From contig NC_092675.1 in NCBI RefSeq assembly GCF_964355755.1, positions 30,538,912 to 30,602,911 of the forward strand: DNA of 64,000 nucleotides, given 5' to 3'. Both the position numbers and the translations under genes were made by a program. The DNA is from Antedon mediterranea (lineage: Eukaryota > Animalia > Echinodermata). Positions 36,599 through 51,421 of this stretch are shown here, one piece after another (position 1 is the first letter of the stretch; the number at the start of each line of letters is the position of its first letter). The notes below the pieces were generated by a model that ran no database searches, was not told the origin of the DNA, and worked only from the letters and a program-made list of their open reading frames with translations.

Positions 36599-39549
36599 AT
36601 CGTAAATGTTTTGAATTTCTAAATGAAATGAACAATTTTAGAAAACTGAACTGATACTTTGTTGTTGTCCAGAATGTTCTGGGGTTTTTTGTTATTAATT
36701 TTTTTAAAGACACAGAAATCAAGTAGGACGCCCTCTGTAATTAGTATTTACAAGGAGGAATATGGTACTGTATTACAAAATGTAAATTGGTCATCAGTGT
36801 CAGTGGTACAAACTTCGTTTAGTGGTGGTGCAACCAAAATAAAACAATAAAATAATTAAAGCAAAACAAAGTGTATGGGAAAAACAAAAATAAAAACATA
36901 TAAATATAACCAGGCACACTACATCAATCGATCAAATAAATAAAATATGAGCACAAACGTTACAATACAAAAGAAAAATGAAGAAAAAAACGCAAAATAA
37001 TATTATTATTTTTTAAATATTGGTGGTAAATAGTCATCATTAATTTATAAAACTTGTTCCTGGCGATCCAAGAACCGGTCAGATATTGTTTACAATAATG
37101 TTCAAAAATGTTTATATAACAATGGAGCTTCTGTTAAATTATCAAAGAACGTGTTGAAATGGTATTTATATTCAATAAAGTCTTCCCACGTAGAATGGAG
37201 TCCGCAATAATAATCTGGGTTGTTTTAAAGTTCTTCAGCCAGAAATATATATTAATATAAAAACCACAGGTACAGAACAAATTCTCTATGTACTATCATA
37301 CTTGCTACTCATCATTATGATACTTGGGATGTTGGTTTATTTACAGCTCGTCAAATTAAAGTTGAAAGCATTTTTATCAAACTTATTTTCAAATTGAACT
37401 TTATTGATATAGCGTGACCGGGCGTGTTGGTGTTTACGCGTTTTCACGAAGGATAGTTTAATAATATTCTTATATTTTAACTTCTTATATTTAACTTGTT
37501 TCTGGTAAAAACAAATACATGTTAATGAAATTTAACATTTTATCCTATTAATAACATGGATTTTAAACTAATTTATATTATAAAGACAATACTTAATTTA
37601 CCGGGCGTGGCAATGGTAAAGAATAGGAGGCCGTGCTGAGTAACGATTCGTTGATTTTTGGTGTTATACACATTTTGAAAATTGTGTAGCAAAAAATACT
37701 ATACAAAACTATGTTTCTCAACCTAAAAATCAGTTTGATTAGCAATATTGCTAAACAAAATTTTTAAATGAAAATTTTCCCTGAACTGTTGCTGTGTTAG
37801 GCCTTTTTTTGTGAACTAATTTAGCATGTTAGTAAATAATTGTCTGTAAAAGTGAATGTACACTAGTTTGTTAATAAATATGTATTATAAAATAGTTTAC
37901 AATTGCTAAAGATATTATCATAATTCTATTTAATGTGACATGTATAATATCTATTAAATCAAGTCTTATTTAGTATGTATACATCCGCCCTTATGGAGCT
38001 CTTTGTTACAAATTTCTCATGCAAAAATCGCGGAATACTCATTCTTGTGATATATATTCTTTGATATTATCAAATTAAATTAGACCTATATTTAGTCCGA
38101 TTTCGGGCGGCTACTATACAAAAAATTAATATAAAGTGTTTAATAATAATTATTATATAACACCTAAATAAATTCCTGTCATTTGATTGGACGATTGTGG
38201 GTCACATAACGTGCAATAGTACGCACTATTAAACGATTGTTTATTATTTGTATAATATTTGCTGGATAGCATCTATCAGATCAGATCTTGTATTTTATTT
38301 TGTTACACGCCACCACCAGGTTGTAACTCTACTTCCGGTATAAAGTCCACCATTCACCTCAACGTTACATGTAATAATGCATGCATCACTGGAGCCTTTT
38401 ATGACAAAGTGATACACACACAAAAGGACAGAACTTGTCCGTTTTTCTTATGGTAATTGTAAGTATTAACACAGTATCAAAGCTAATGATTGGTTGATTG
38501 TTCATGAGTGTTCAATTTTTTTGCTTTTTGTTACTATTTTTTAAAGAATATACTTCTTTTATAAAGAACATAATCGCGTAAATATAATCTTGAATCTGTT
38601 TCACAGGCTTCCTAGAGACGGTATTTATGTCAGGCGTTGACAGGCCCAGCGCTAGCTTAAATCGTGTTATTTGAGCTGTCTGTTGTATATCTCCTTTCTT
38701 GCTTTCAGATGTATTCTTGTATACGTTTGGTTTTCCTTCTTAATAATTGTCGAAAATGAAATATAGGCCAAAGGAATACGTCTTCATTAGGAATAATAGG
38801 AACTACGATACGAACATCTAGTACTTTACTAGGTACACTAAAGTAAGTATTATTTTACAACTCTGACAGTGGTAGTAGAAACTTTGGTTTTGTTGGTTCA
38901 ATATATTATTTGTTTTACCTAATTGTGTCCCTACCCTTCACATATAACTGGCTAACTATTTCAAATTTCTGACTATCTTATTTATTATCTGTTCAAAATG
39001 ATTCCAATATTTGAAATACTTGTTGTTCTTTTCGATCTCACCTGCTTGGTTCTTCCTAACTTTTTTTTTGTTTTTCTAGTTTTAACTTTTTTTTTTATAA
39101 AAAAATTTTAATAGACAAGTTTTTTTATCTCTTTGTTGTATTGTATTGTATGTTCTAATAACAAAAAAGAAACAAAACCATTTATTTTATAATAATTGGG
39201 AATGTTAAACTATATTCAGTATATTCTCCCATTACTTTCTGACGATTCAAATAAAAATTTCCAATTACAAAAAATGCTAAGTGAATATTTTTCATTGACA
39301 AAAAACAGGGTCAGCAGCCTATAGAATAAAACATATATATAACATTGAAATGTTATGAATTTCTCAAATTCAGAATTCATGGTTTGTTTTGTTATAAAAT
39401 GCCATTAGAACCTGATGCATTTACTCTGCAATGAAGTTTTCTTTTTTCAGGACAGCCAACAAACACTTTTTAATCATCAACAACAGCGTTTTCATTTAAT
39501 ATTAATTTTATACCATATTTATTATTTTTAGGTAAACCAGCTTACAAGG

Positions 39550-42500
39550 ATGGCAGTCTATTTACCAAAGGTGTGTAAACTATATTATTACTATAGCACA
39601 GCATGCATAATATAAACTATTAATATAGGCACCAAATGCATACTGAGAAAGATCTGCTCCTGTATCATATATCAAATAATGTAATCCTTTTCAAATATAA
39701 GGTCCTTGAAAATAGTCATTAAAATATGTAGTAAATAGATTATGATGTTGACACACCCTTTTTTACCCATTACAATACCAACTACAGTACCAACACACCC
39801 TTGTTTACCCATTACAATACCAACTACAGTAGTCACCATTTAATGACAAAAACTATTATTTGTTTGATCTTCAGAGCTTAAATGGAATGTTATTTGTGGT
39901 GACATTATATGGATCTTTATGCATCATCGCCCTGCTCCTTATAACAATGTACCCTACTGATGAAATTGAAAAATGCACCAGACAAGGGGATAGCAGCTGT
40001 CGCCATTTACACGGGAAACAGTTAATTACTGACGGAGAGATGCGTCAATTTGACTATTTTAACGTTACTCCCATCGTACCTGTACTAGATACTGCCACTG
40101 AGGAAAGTGGCTATGTCGCTCTTCCAGGTCTAGAGGTAATAAACATTGCTTTGTTTTAATAATGTACATTATTTGTATTCTATTGCACATGAACATTCAT
40201 GAATTATTTATTATGCTAATATGACTTATACCTGAAAAAATTCACAATACAAAAATGAAAATGCTATCCATAATATACACAATGTTGGTTTGTTTTAAAA
40301 ATAGATTTATAAGGAAATGTTTACTTATGAAATAATTTCCCTCATATGCTGATTCAAAAGTGAGGGTTTGGTGGCATGGCTGACGGAGAATTACAATGTA
40401 AAGAACAGACTTTACGTTTGTTTGTTTCTTTATTTCCATTCACAAAATCATAAACATACATAAATAATCATTACAAAACAAAACAATGGAAAGAGGGTAA
40501 TCTCTGAAGCACAGCTTATAAGTAGAAACCCCTTGTTACAAAACAATATATATAAATAGAAATGTGAAAAAAAGGCACAAGGGCATAGGCAAACAAAAGA
40601 AAATGCAAACAATCTTTTTTCTTTTTTTAACAAAAGACCATTTGACCCGAGGTTTAATATTTATTAAAATTATGTTAACCAAAAAAAGAACATGAATATC
40701 AAGGGTATTGCTAAACACCGCAAACCCCCGCAAACCTCCAAAAAAACATAGCAAACCCCACCGAACCAACAGAAAAGTGATTGAATAATGTAGTGTACGA
40801 CCCACTGGGTATATAAATTATTAAATTTCTACTGTTAACTACTTTTTTGGGGATAAAACATCATTTTTTGGTTAAAAATTAGCAATCATTTTTGACCAAA
40901 AAATGATGTTTTACCCCAAAAATAAGTTGTTAACAGTAGAAATTTAATTTTTTTTACATGGATATACCCAGTGGGTTGTACACTACATGATTCAATCACT
41001 TTTATTATGTTGGTTCGGTGGGGTTTGCTATATTTTTTTGGAGGTTTGCAGGATTTAGCAACCATTTTTTACCAAAAAATGATGTTTTACCCTAAAAATA
41101 AGTAGTTAACAGTAGAAATTAAATATTATTTTACATGGATATACCCAGTGGGTTGTACACTACATGATTCAATCAGTTTTATGTTGGTTCGATGGGGTTT
41201 GCTATGTTTTTTTGGAGGTTTGCGGGTGTTTAGCAATCAATGTTGTTTTTGCAGCCGTTATCTCTTCAATGCTCAGAGTGTGCGTTTGTTACAAGTTCTG
41301 GTCGATTACAAGGAGAAGGAGCAGGTGAGGAAATAGACGAAGCACCTTGCGTTATACGAATGAATGCTGCCCCCACAAACGGTTACGAAAAAGATGTCGG
41401 TAGAAAAACAACTTTTCGAATTATTGGACATCGTAATTTTCCCCGTATGATGAATTCTGAGGAGAAAAGAAAGTATCATTTGGTAAATGCAACAACTAAA
41501 TCTGATAATATTGTATTAGTATGGTTATATGCTGTAGACTTTAACCCCAAAAGAAATCCAGCGAGGAGGTGGGCATCTGCCATGGCTCAGAAATATCGCA
41601 CTACCAATTTTTATATGGCAAATTATAAAACAATGACAGAAAATGAGGAGATATTTACAGCAGAGCTTGGTGTTTCTAGGTAAGCTGTTTTCTTTTTGTA
41701 TTTTTTAATGTTTTGTATTGTAACTTTTTCTGGTGTTTTAATGTTTTAATCTTTTTATGAATTACTTTTACCTTTAATTTCTTCCATTTTTTATATATAC
41801 TGTATGTTTTTATAAACCTTTTGTAAATGTGTGTGTACTATGAATTACTTTGTTAGTTGTCTTTGAATTATTTTTATTATATTGTTTATGTTCTCTACTG
41901 AACTCACCCAAATCAATACTTTAGCACTGAAAATATTATTCAGTATAAAGACATAATAAATAATTAATCAATAAATAAATATGTATTTTATATTGTATTA
42001 TCCAATCACAATTAATTATGTGCAAGTAAAATGTAAAGAATGTTTTGTTTGGTAAAAGCCTGGTTGATTCAAAATCAGTTTTGCCTTGAAATAGAACAAA
42101 TTCATAAAAATATTCTTGAAACCACATTCAATAAAAAAAACATTTATTATATATTTGTTTGCAAGTAAAATGTGAAGAATGTTTTGTTTGGTAAAAGCCT
42201 GATTGATTCAAAATCAGTTTTGCCTTGAAATAGAAAAAATTCATAAAAATATTCAACCACATTCAAGCAATAAACATTTATGATATTTGTATAATTAGTC
42301 TCGATCCACTCTGAATAATTCTCAGTCATATCAGCCAGACATTTAGTTTAAACTATTTCAACAAAAACTAATTTTACAACAGTACTTGATGTATTAGAAT
42401 GTTGTATGATGATGATGTAATAATTCGTATTCAAATTCTTATACCTAATTTTCTCAATGACCTCAATCCTAAATGCATATAACATCTGGAAATGTACAGA

Positions 42501-45493
42501 GGCATAATATTAAATGCTAGCTGCAGTTTATACTGTAGTTGTTCATATCCTGTCTTCATTGGCTGGTAATGCAATTCTTGGATAGAAAAATAGCACATTG
42601 AAAGATATCATTTCTCTGACTGATTTCTGCACAATTTCATTAAATAATGTGTTTGAATATTGATTAATGTCGTACTGTACAAACTACAGTCTTTCATTTA
42701 TGAATATTATTAGTCTTGGCCTATGATAATAATTACCTTTGTCAGAAATATAGCGAGAGGTTATGTCGTCGATCGCATTTGTTTGTGTGTGTTTTTGTTT
42801 TAGCAGGATTACTCAAAAAGTGATTGCCCAATTTCCATAAGATTTTAAAGGATTATTTCATAGGTGTATGGGAATTCCATTAAATTTTTATATGCATCAG
42901 ATCAGACGAAGGTTTGCGCTCTCTGAGTGCCCTTCTAGTTGCAAATTGTAAATGATCCATTTGCAACCATACTGCTGATAACCCACCAGTACAAGTATTG
43001 CAACCATACTGCTGATAACCCACCAGTACAAGTATTATTAATAATTGAATGTTCAATTATTTATATAATATGTATCATATTACAAAATTGATTTGATTGA
43101 GTGATTTAATTTGTTTGCACATTTATTTGGCAGTCATAACCATAAAATACAAAAAATAATACCATAATTATTAAAAATTGAACTCACAATTCCTACATTA
43201 CTAGCAATAAATTATAAAATATGGTTAAAACAATGCAGAACTCAATTAAGTGTGTAATATTTAGAAAGGCATACCGCTTTTTTTATTGTATAACGACTAT
43301 AAACAATATGAAATCTCAATCATAATCAAAATCAATTGATAAAAAGAAAAACATGTGGAGGAGTTTTTGGATATTGTACATGTAATTCATTTCATAATAC
43401 TTTCATGTTTCTGTGACATTGTACTCTGAAATCTAAAAGCATAAATCATAATTCAAACGATAAAATTAGGATTGATTTTTATGTTTTTGCACTTTGGGAT
43501 AATAAGATTATAATTGGCCTAGTTTAAGCACATTACTAAGAACATTTCATTCAATTAAGATTTATTTCTTGTAGCATAAAATACCTCATATAACTGGTTG
43601 CAACAGGTTGATGATAAATTAGACAGATTAATAATTCTAGGGAGTAGTTAAAAAGTGAACCAGACTGGCATGTATAAAAGCATAGTTGAAGTCCTGTCTG
43701 CTACATTTTTTTTAAATATAATAAAGTTAAAATATATTGTATAATTAATATTATGATGTGAAAATAGTGGCAAATTGCTGCTTTTGAACCACACTTTATT
43801 TTATTTTTTTTTGTAATAATTTTTAATTGTTGAAATGTAGGAAAGAAGCTAATACATGGCTAACTACAGGATGGAATAGCATGCTGTTTGCTCTTGATGT
43901 CTGTAAGAAGGTAACAGTGTATGGCATGATATATGAAGATTTTTGCAAGTAAGAAACTAACATAATACAATGTACAGTACTGAACTTAGATAGAAATTAA
44001 CCACAAAAAACGTTTTAAAGGCTATTTCAATAGTTCCTAATAAAAAGGATATATATATATATATACCATGACCTGTAACCCGTTGGTGCCTAACTAATTG
44101 TTATAAGTATTCCCTTTATGTACAATGTTGTGCATAATACTGTATAACAGAGATACAATTTGTCTACATACGTTTTACATTGTAATACAGGGCCGTAGGT
44201 GGGTAAGGTTTCAACCTCACCATTTTTCTCATAGGCCTTTGACAACCCAATGGCTTGCCAGAGATTGTTCCCTTTTCTTGCGATCACCGCACCACTTTAT
44301 TTCTCATGACTATGGCACTGTATTATATAAACCATACAGTCGAATAACAAGTTTAATATTTGAAAAAAAAAAATAGTGGTACAGTACATACCAGCATGAT
44401 TCATTTTTTAAATGTTAACAAATAAAGTGGCTCACATTTTTCAGAGTTTGTTTTTCATAATCCGTTTATAACTCTGTAATTGAAATATGTTATAGCAAAA
44501 AGTTTAGTAGGTATTAAATGAATGACCAATATCGTACCAGGAAGTACGTGTAATAATTAGTAGTTAATGCCATGTTGTATGCAAAGCATTGTGTATTTAC
44601 ATTTTATTATTCCACTGAGCATTGTGTATACCTACTACTGTATATTATTATTACCAGCATTGTGTATACCTACTATATTATTATTACCAGCATTGTGTAT
44701 ACCTACTACTGTATATTATTATTACCAGCATTGTGTACTATATAATATTATCCTATTAGAATTGTGTACTATATTGATATTTACCAAGCATTGTGTCATT
44801 ATATTACCAAGCATTTAAATGTTCTTAACTTTGACCATCTTTATTGTTAACATGTAATGTTTGACTATTCTTATCATTTGTTTGTACATGAGGCTGACAT
44901 TGTCACATACTGTAGTATTTATACAGATGTACCATTGACTCAGTTTGACCGCATTGTGTAAAGCAAACATGACTTTGCTTTTCGATAATATTTAACAGAT
45001 GACAACTAACGAACTTTTTTTTTTCAGAGAGCATCCAAATGATCAGAAGTATTACCATTATTTTGACCATGTGCAACACGAGTGCAAATATTACGCTGTT
45101 AGTGAAAACAAATTAAGTACTGGACATAAGTTTGTGACTGAGAAAGCAGTGTTTGCTCGCTGGGCCGAGACACACAACATTACTTTTAAATACCCTTCTT
45201 GGGAAAACAAAACTGTAAAAGGAAAAGGTTTGGACACACCTTTCTTGAAACGATGGCGCGCTTATAAAGATTGTTTACAGGAACATGTAAATAATACTGT
45301 TGGTACATATGACTGCGGTGACCACAATGGTATCGTAATGAACGGTACCAACGTTCACACAGGTAATAGGACAACTGATTATGTAGAAACAATTATTAAG
45401 AAAGATGACGGCACTGTAATCAAACAACGTGTTTATCAAATTGCTCCAAATAAGAAAAAAATTGTAAAAATAATAAGTAAAAGGCGACATTAG
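39550..45493 (+). CDS. Alpha-N-acetylgalactosaminide alpha-2,6-sialyltransferase (ST6GalNAc III-VI family, GT29)
   Basis: Exons 39550-39570, ~39875-40136 (TM), ~41255-41679 (sialylmotif L CAFVTSSG..GEEID..CVIRMN.APT.GYEKDVG.KTT), ~43841-43948 (motif S WLTTGW..DVCKKVTVYGM), ~45028-45493 (YHYFD, VS HKFVTEKAVFARWA). Confidence 0.92.
40710..41236. repeat. Foldback inverted repeat (~170-bp arms) plus tandem copy of right arm
   Basis: 40710-40875 is the reverse complement of ~40893-41060, repeated again at ~41070-41236. Confidence 0.85.
41780..41950. repeat. Dispersed repeat, second copy at ~27190-27375
   Basis: Shared tatatactgtatgtttt..gttagttgtctttgaattat..aaatcaat.ctttagcactga..ttcagtataa. 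Confidence 0.6.
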
Positions 45494-45519
45494 TAAAGCA
45501 TACACACACCAGTGCAGAT

Positions 45520-45735
45520 GGAGATTAAAGTCCAGTGAGAAAATGAATTAGCACATCAACAAGGATGGACATTAAAGTCCAGTGAGAATACATAGGAAGC
45601 CTAGTAGCACATCAACAAGGATGGACATTAAAGTCCAGTGAGAATACCAAGCACGCCTAGCACATCAACAAGGATAGACATTTAAGTCCATCGGCAACAC
45701 CAAGCGCATGTATTACACCAGCGAGGGTGGGCATT
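45520..45735. repeat. Imperfect ~55-bp tandem repeat just after sialyltransferase stop
   Basis: gcacatcaacaaggatggacattaaagtccagtgagaa x3-4. Confidence 0.75.
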
Positions 45736-47325
45736 ATCAATTTAATAATACTCATTTATTTAAATCTAATTTAAAAATTTTAACTGTTTTGGGCATTTCT
45801 AAGCCATATTTTATTATATTTTACTAGTCTACTAGCCACATTTATTGGTACTTCATTTGAAGCTATTTAACAATTATATTAAAATAAGAAATATGTGATG
45901 GGGGTGTACAACAGTTCCTTCCTTGTTCACCATAAGGGTACAAGCAGATTATAATATAATGTTTAAACCATACAATAGACAAAGGAAATATAACTAGACA
46001 TTGTAACCATATCTGTATAGCAGAACAAGGTCATGTGATAAGACCATTTTTTAACTTGTTAAAAAATGATAAGAATTTCCCTGACGATAAAAGCAGTATA
46101 CCAAAAGTTAAGAAAATGAAAATGCCAAAAATGTGGATAAATGTGTAGACTACCTACAAGCAGTCTACTAGAGTCTAGTAGTAGTACTATAAAGTGTGTA
46201 TTCCAAAATGCTCTTCATTTTCCTCAAAACAAATTGCGTTGCAAATTGTTTTATTTTATGTTTGGCCAAATATTGCTATTTTAATTTCTTTTTTTTAATG
46301 GTTGTATTCTGAATTAAAATTGCATGGTCGCAACCAATAGTTATCAAATTAAATAATTTTTAGTACCAAATCCTAGATGTAAAATAAACTGAACATTTTT
46401 TTTAGAATAATTTTAGAAATTTTAAGGTAGGAGTTAATATCTAAGTTATTCTAATTTGTATGCACCACATTCTTGTGAGTTGAAATGGTTTTAAAATGTA
46501 AATGTAATTTAAATAAGGATAATATACGGTAATATTTGTTAAGCTAAAAAAGGTCAACCCCCACCCCCGCAGGAGGGGGTGGGGGTTGGGGGTACAAGTA
46601 CTAGTCATGAGCCTAAACAGAAAACTGTCCTTACGTCGTTACGTCGCCATTAACATCAAATAAAAATGTAATAAAGAATAACCTCCTGCAGAAACAAAAT
46701 TAAAGAGTCAATTATATTTTTGAGTTGCGGATTTATTGGCATCATCAACAACACTGCCTCCCCCACTATAGTCTTCTAATTCTAAATGTATAGAAGTACA
46801 GTATATTATAAGGTTTATATTAATGTTATTGCTTCAAAATGTACTTATTTTCGTGTTTATACTTTAAACTCGTCGTGAGGTGGTTTCCCATTTAATCGTA
46901 CGATCAAAAACGGTATGTAAAACATGGATGAAAAGAATCTAGTTCCTTAATGGTATAAATATGTGTAATCATGTATACACACTGTATACCACTGTTTGGC
47001 AATGAAAACTGTTTATTAAAATGAATTACCAAATGTTGGTTACCATTACAAAGAATTACTTTTAAGAGGAAATATTTTATTGTTTTGCGGACAAAAGAAT
47101 TGTACTATTTTCAGGATTACGTCAATGGTCACTCTATTTACAATATTTATTGCACGAAAAAGATACAAAACAGTAAATACAAAGTACCGTATATTGATAA
47201 TATATTATGTTTGGTAAAATTCCTCCTTGGTTAAACATATTCTTGCGTAAAATTAATGATTGAATTTGATCAAATATTCTAGGTCAAGGTCCATTTGACG
47301 ACTAGTGTCAGTGACACTATCGAAC

Positions 47326-47351
47326 CATGGAGGTATAAAAATACCTCCATG
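47326..47351. mobile_element. 26-bp palindrome with 7-bp TSD (putative P-element footprint)
   Basis: ATCGAAC-[catggaggtat aaaa atacctccatg]-ATCGAAC. Confidence 0.65.
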
Positions 47352-50300
47352 ATCGAACAGTTCAAATAATGTTGTCACGACATTGCAAAATATGGTATAT
47401 TGGATAATGATGCTGCCTGTAGCACATCATAGTATTGTGTAATACATTCTATCTGACGAGTATATGTAAGCAATGCTTATATAAATGCTATGTTTCATTA
47501 TCAACAGCTTTTTAGGTATTTACTACTCTATTATGTGTGCCAAATTGTCTTGATTTGTGGTTTCAGTATGTGTTTCTGTTACCATGGTAATTTATGTTTC
47601 ATTTTTGTTAAAATTGTTTACATTTTTAAGTTTATTCTAAATTGTTTACATAAAATACTGACTATTTACTGACTATTTACTGACTATTTACTGTAGTTTT
47701 CTTTAAAAATGCCAAACTTATGAAATGTAGTTTTGAATAGTGTTCATTTCAAAATATATCAGTTTTTAAAATTAATTTTAATCATAGCTAATGTAAATAT
47801 GTTTTTAAATATTATTAATATTTTGATGATGATGACTCAATTATTAAAGAGTACCATTTTACCAATAATGGTGTGTAACACAGTCTATTGTTATTCATAA
47901 TAGTAAAGTAATTTATTTGATTATTGCATACAATGGTATTCATTGGTGCTAGTTAGAGTAAGCATCAAGAGAAAGACAACAAATGTCAATGGACAATATT
48001 GTCAATGACTGCATTGTATGTATGCTATTGCAGCTCTCATGTCTTGGTTTGTGTCACTGTGGCATCACATGCTTGCTGCTTTACCAATTCTTGGTTCCAA
48101 ATTCTTTCATAGTTCCTAAGATTTCTGATGTCCACTCTCTTAGGGCAGCTACTTGCTGTCTCATAAAACATGTGTTTTCCATTCTGTAATTAGCTAGTCA
48201 TGTTTTTAATAGAGATACCAGTGCCTTCCCGGTATAGGCATTCTAAGTCATTATATAGTATTGATATTAATTACTAATGTTTTTATATTTAAAAAAATAA
48301 AAATCTTTCGTTCGCAATTAATTGAACGTTGATTTGCTTTGAATTCAGGTGCTATAATATAACTTTTTGATAAAATAAAATATGTAATGTTGATAATGTA
48401 AACATCTTTGGTTTGTTTTATTTTTCTACAGTTCACTTTACGCGACTCTACAGTTCACTATGTTGGTCGGTCGGTAAACACTAACTCAAATTTATCACGC
48501 GACTGCAGCCATGTATGGCCTTGTTTTATTCATTGAATATTAACCAGGGAGTTATTTTACAACTCCCTGCTTGAACCCAACACAATTAGGACGTAAGCCC
48601 ACCGTTGACCAATCATAATCATCTAAATTGTTGCTTGTAATAGGTCAAAACACTTGCGTTCATCCACAACATTACATAAGTTACCTACTATTAAGAGTTT
48701 ACTGTAATGTATGGAATAGAAATGCTCCAAGGTCGGAAAAGTCAGACAACAGCAGTAACCTATGGCAACCTATAAATCAGTGGAGGATGCAAAAAAAAGA
48801 ATTGAAATGAAATGATAGCAGAGATGTATGGATGGGAAAAGGAACTGAAAAAGGCCATACATAATAAAACCAGTATAAAAAATGTGGGGAATACACATTT
48901 ATACGAAACTGGGCGGTAGGCAGACAACAGGTGGTGTAACACAGGTGATACTGACTGCTAGCTATTATAGTAAAATGATGATCTGAATGGTATAAAGTAA
49001 ACTGCAATAATGCAATGATTATGTCAATTCAAGAAGTATGTAGGGTAAGGTTATCTCCTAAGCAACACATAGACACTGTAGTAAAACAACACAAATGTCA
49101 ACCAACTATAATTACTTACTGTATTTCAATATCAAATATTTATTTTTATATGCGAATTACCTTCATACATGCAATCATTATCAGTTGTGTATGTATGCAG
49201 TTTTCTTTCTTTTTATATCAAAATGATTGATATCATGAACAAGATGTTTATCGATTTATATTAAAGACAGATGATAGGAAACATACAAGAAATCACCTAA
49301 ACTAAGAACATGCAACAACCTGTTTTTGTAAAATCTAACGTTTTAATTTATTTTAACATTTAATTCAAAAAATATACTTCGCTTATACAACATTTACTGC
49401 TTTTGACAACTTTTAAGTTAAAAGGATTTTGCAACTAGTCACACACTTGGACTGACCTAAATGAATTAGTCTCTCACATCCAGACACAATCAAATGATTG
49501 ATTGATTGATTGATTGACTTACTAAATGGATTCTCTTCTCAGCACATTTGTGTCACATATTGTTTGTATATATCATAATTACTTTTATATTTAAAATAAC
49601 ATAAACAAGTTCCATCAAAGCTGGATTTTAATTTTTACATAACAGCAAGGTATTCAGCAAAGTTTATATATATGGTAATATAATAGCATTGAAGGATTGT
49701 TCAACAGCTCCCAGATAACTTTTAGCAGAATTAAAGAATTTATTAAATGAAGGTGAATACATACAGAAAACATATAGTTTTAATACCTACATTGAAGATT
49801 TCTTTCAATTTATTCAATTAGTGTAATTATAAAGATTAAGATAATTTATAGCCATGATAAAACTATTAGCTTACTCTTAAATAAGACTACTAAGTCTAAG
49901 TTTAATCCTAGTTTAAGACTTCAAAGCACTTTAAGCATTCAAACTAGCAATAATTCACAAACAATAATTTAAACATACATTATCTTAAAGTAATCAATAA
50001 GTATAGTAATATTGATTAACTTACACATCACTAATCAAATACAGTACACATCCATATTACATTAGACACAATATTCAATATTAAATTATGAAGCTTCACT
50101 GGTCTAACGAGGCATAATCGTTTTTCACAAACTGATATTCAAACGAATTAAAGCACTTATAAAAATGAGATAAATACTTCAGAAAATGCAGAGTGCATGT
50201 TATTTTCAGCTCAATTTGACTGATTTAAAAAAATATATCAATTGGCATACTCAAGGATGACAAACAAACTTACAAACAAGTAATTATTATGTCTAAAAAT

Positions 50301-51421
50301 ATCAAACGTTATGTAACAAAAAAATGTGATGTGCCCATATGGACATGACATCATATCACTACCATATTTGGGATAGATAGAGCTTTATTAATTTTTGTGA
50401 TTGACATACTTGCGTTTTATCTCTGAGAGAACTCGGATATTTGTCACAGTCAAAACAGCAGCATGCCTAATCTACCTAAGCATATATACTGTACAAGATT
50501 AGCTTCTGACAGGGAAGCCAGCAAGTAATATGCCTAAATGTACCTAAGCCTATACACAATCTGGTTTAATAGAAAACATGGCATCATTTTCTGACAGGAG
50601 AGAGAGGCCTAATATATAAATTTAACAGAATATAATACCTGAAACATGCATAAAATGCCATATTCTGACCTTTGTTCCAATTTAATTAATGTTTTTATGT
50701 ACGTTAAGTATGCATACAATTTTATTACATTCTTGACACAATGAAAATATATAATACATGTTATATTTCGTTTAAAAATTTCAACAATATGACATCAAGA
50801 ATATTATATCAGGGCTTGATATTTCACTTGTCTGGCATACAAAGTTGTATAAAATTGTTCTTATAAGACTGGGGCGACTAGTAGGCTTAGGACAAAATTA
50901 CCTTAGCAATTAATAAAGAATCTATTTGGTCAGCATAGCATAGAAAGGATAAATCCTAAACAAGGCATGTATTTTAATGCTTGGTATATACATGGACCTA
51001 GGTCCACAGTATATATACTACTCTAGGAACAGTGGGCTAAAATACACAATATCATGTAGTATAAATATCCAGTTAGGTTAGGTACACTCAAGGATTCAAT
51101 GTTATCTTAAGTAAACGTTATATACAAATATTGGTGGGCCTCTTAAAGTTACTAACTACAATCATTTGGATAGCTTTCACTAAATTAAACTTACATGAAG
51201 TTTATAAATAAAGAAAAATAAATATATTTGGCACTTTGTATTATGATATTTAATACTCAAGTTTTCAAGGAGAAATGCAATTATTCAAGTTAGTTTTAAT
51301 CTGTGATTTGCATACATGTGTACATAATAAGTTGGACCACTTGTATGACACATTTTATACGGTTTTTGTATAAGAACATACAGTGTACCGTTATGCAATG
51401 AACACTCTTCCCTGATTTATA

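Noticed and set aside
48545-48569. CAGGGAGTT..AACTCCCTG palindrome (similar one at 30632-30654) as further footprints
   Set aside because: Flanking duplications match poorly.
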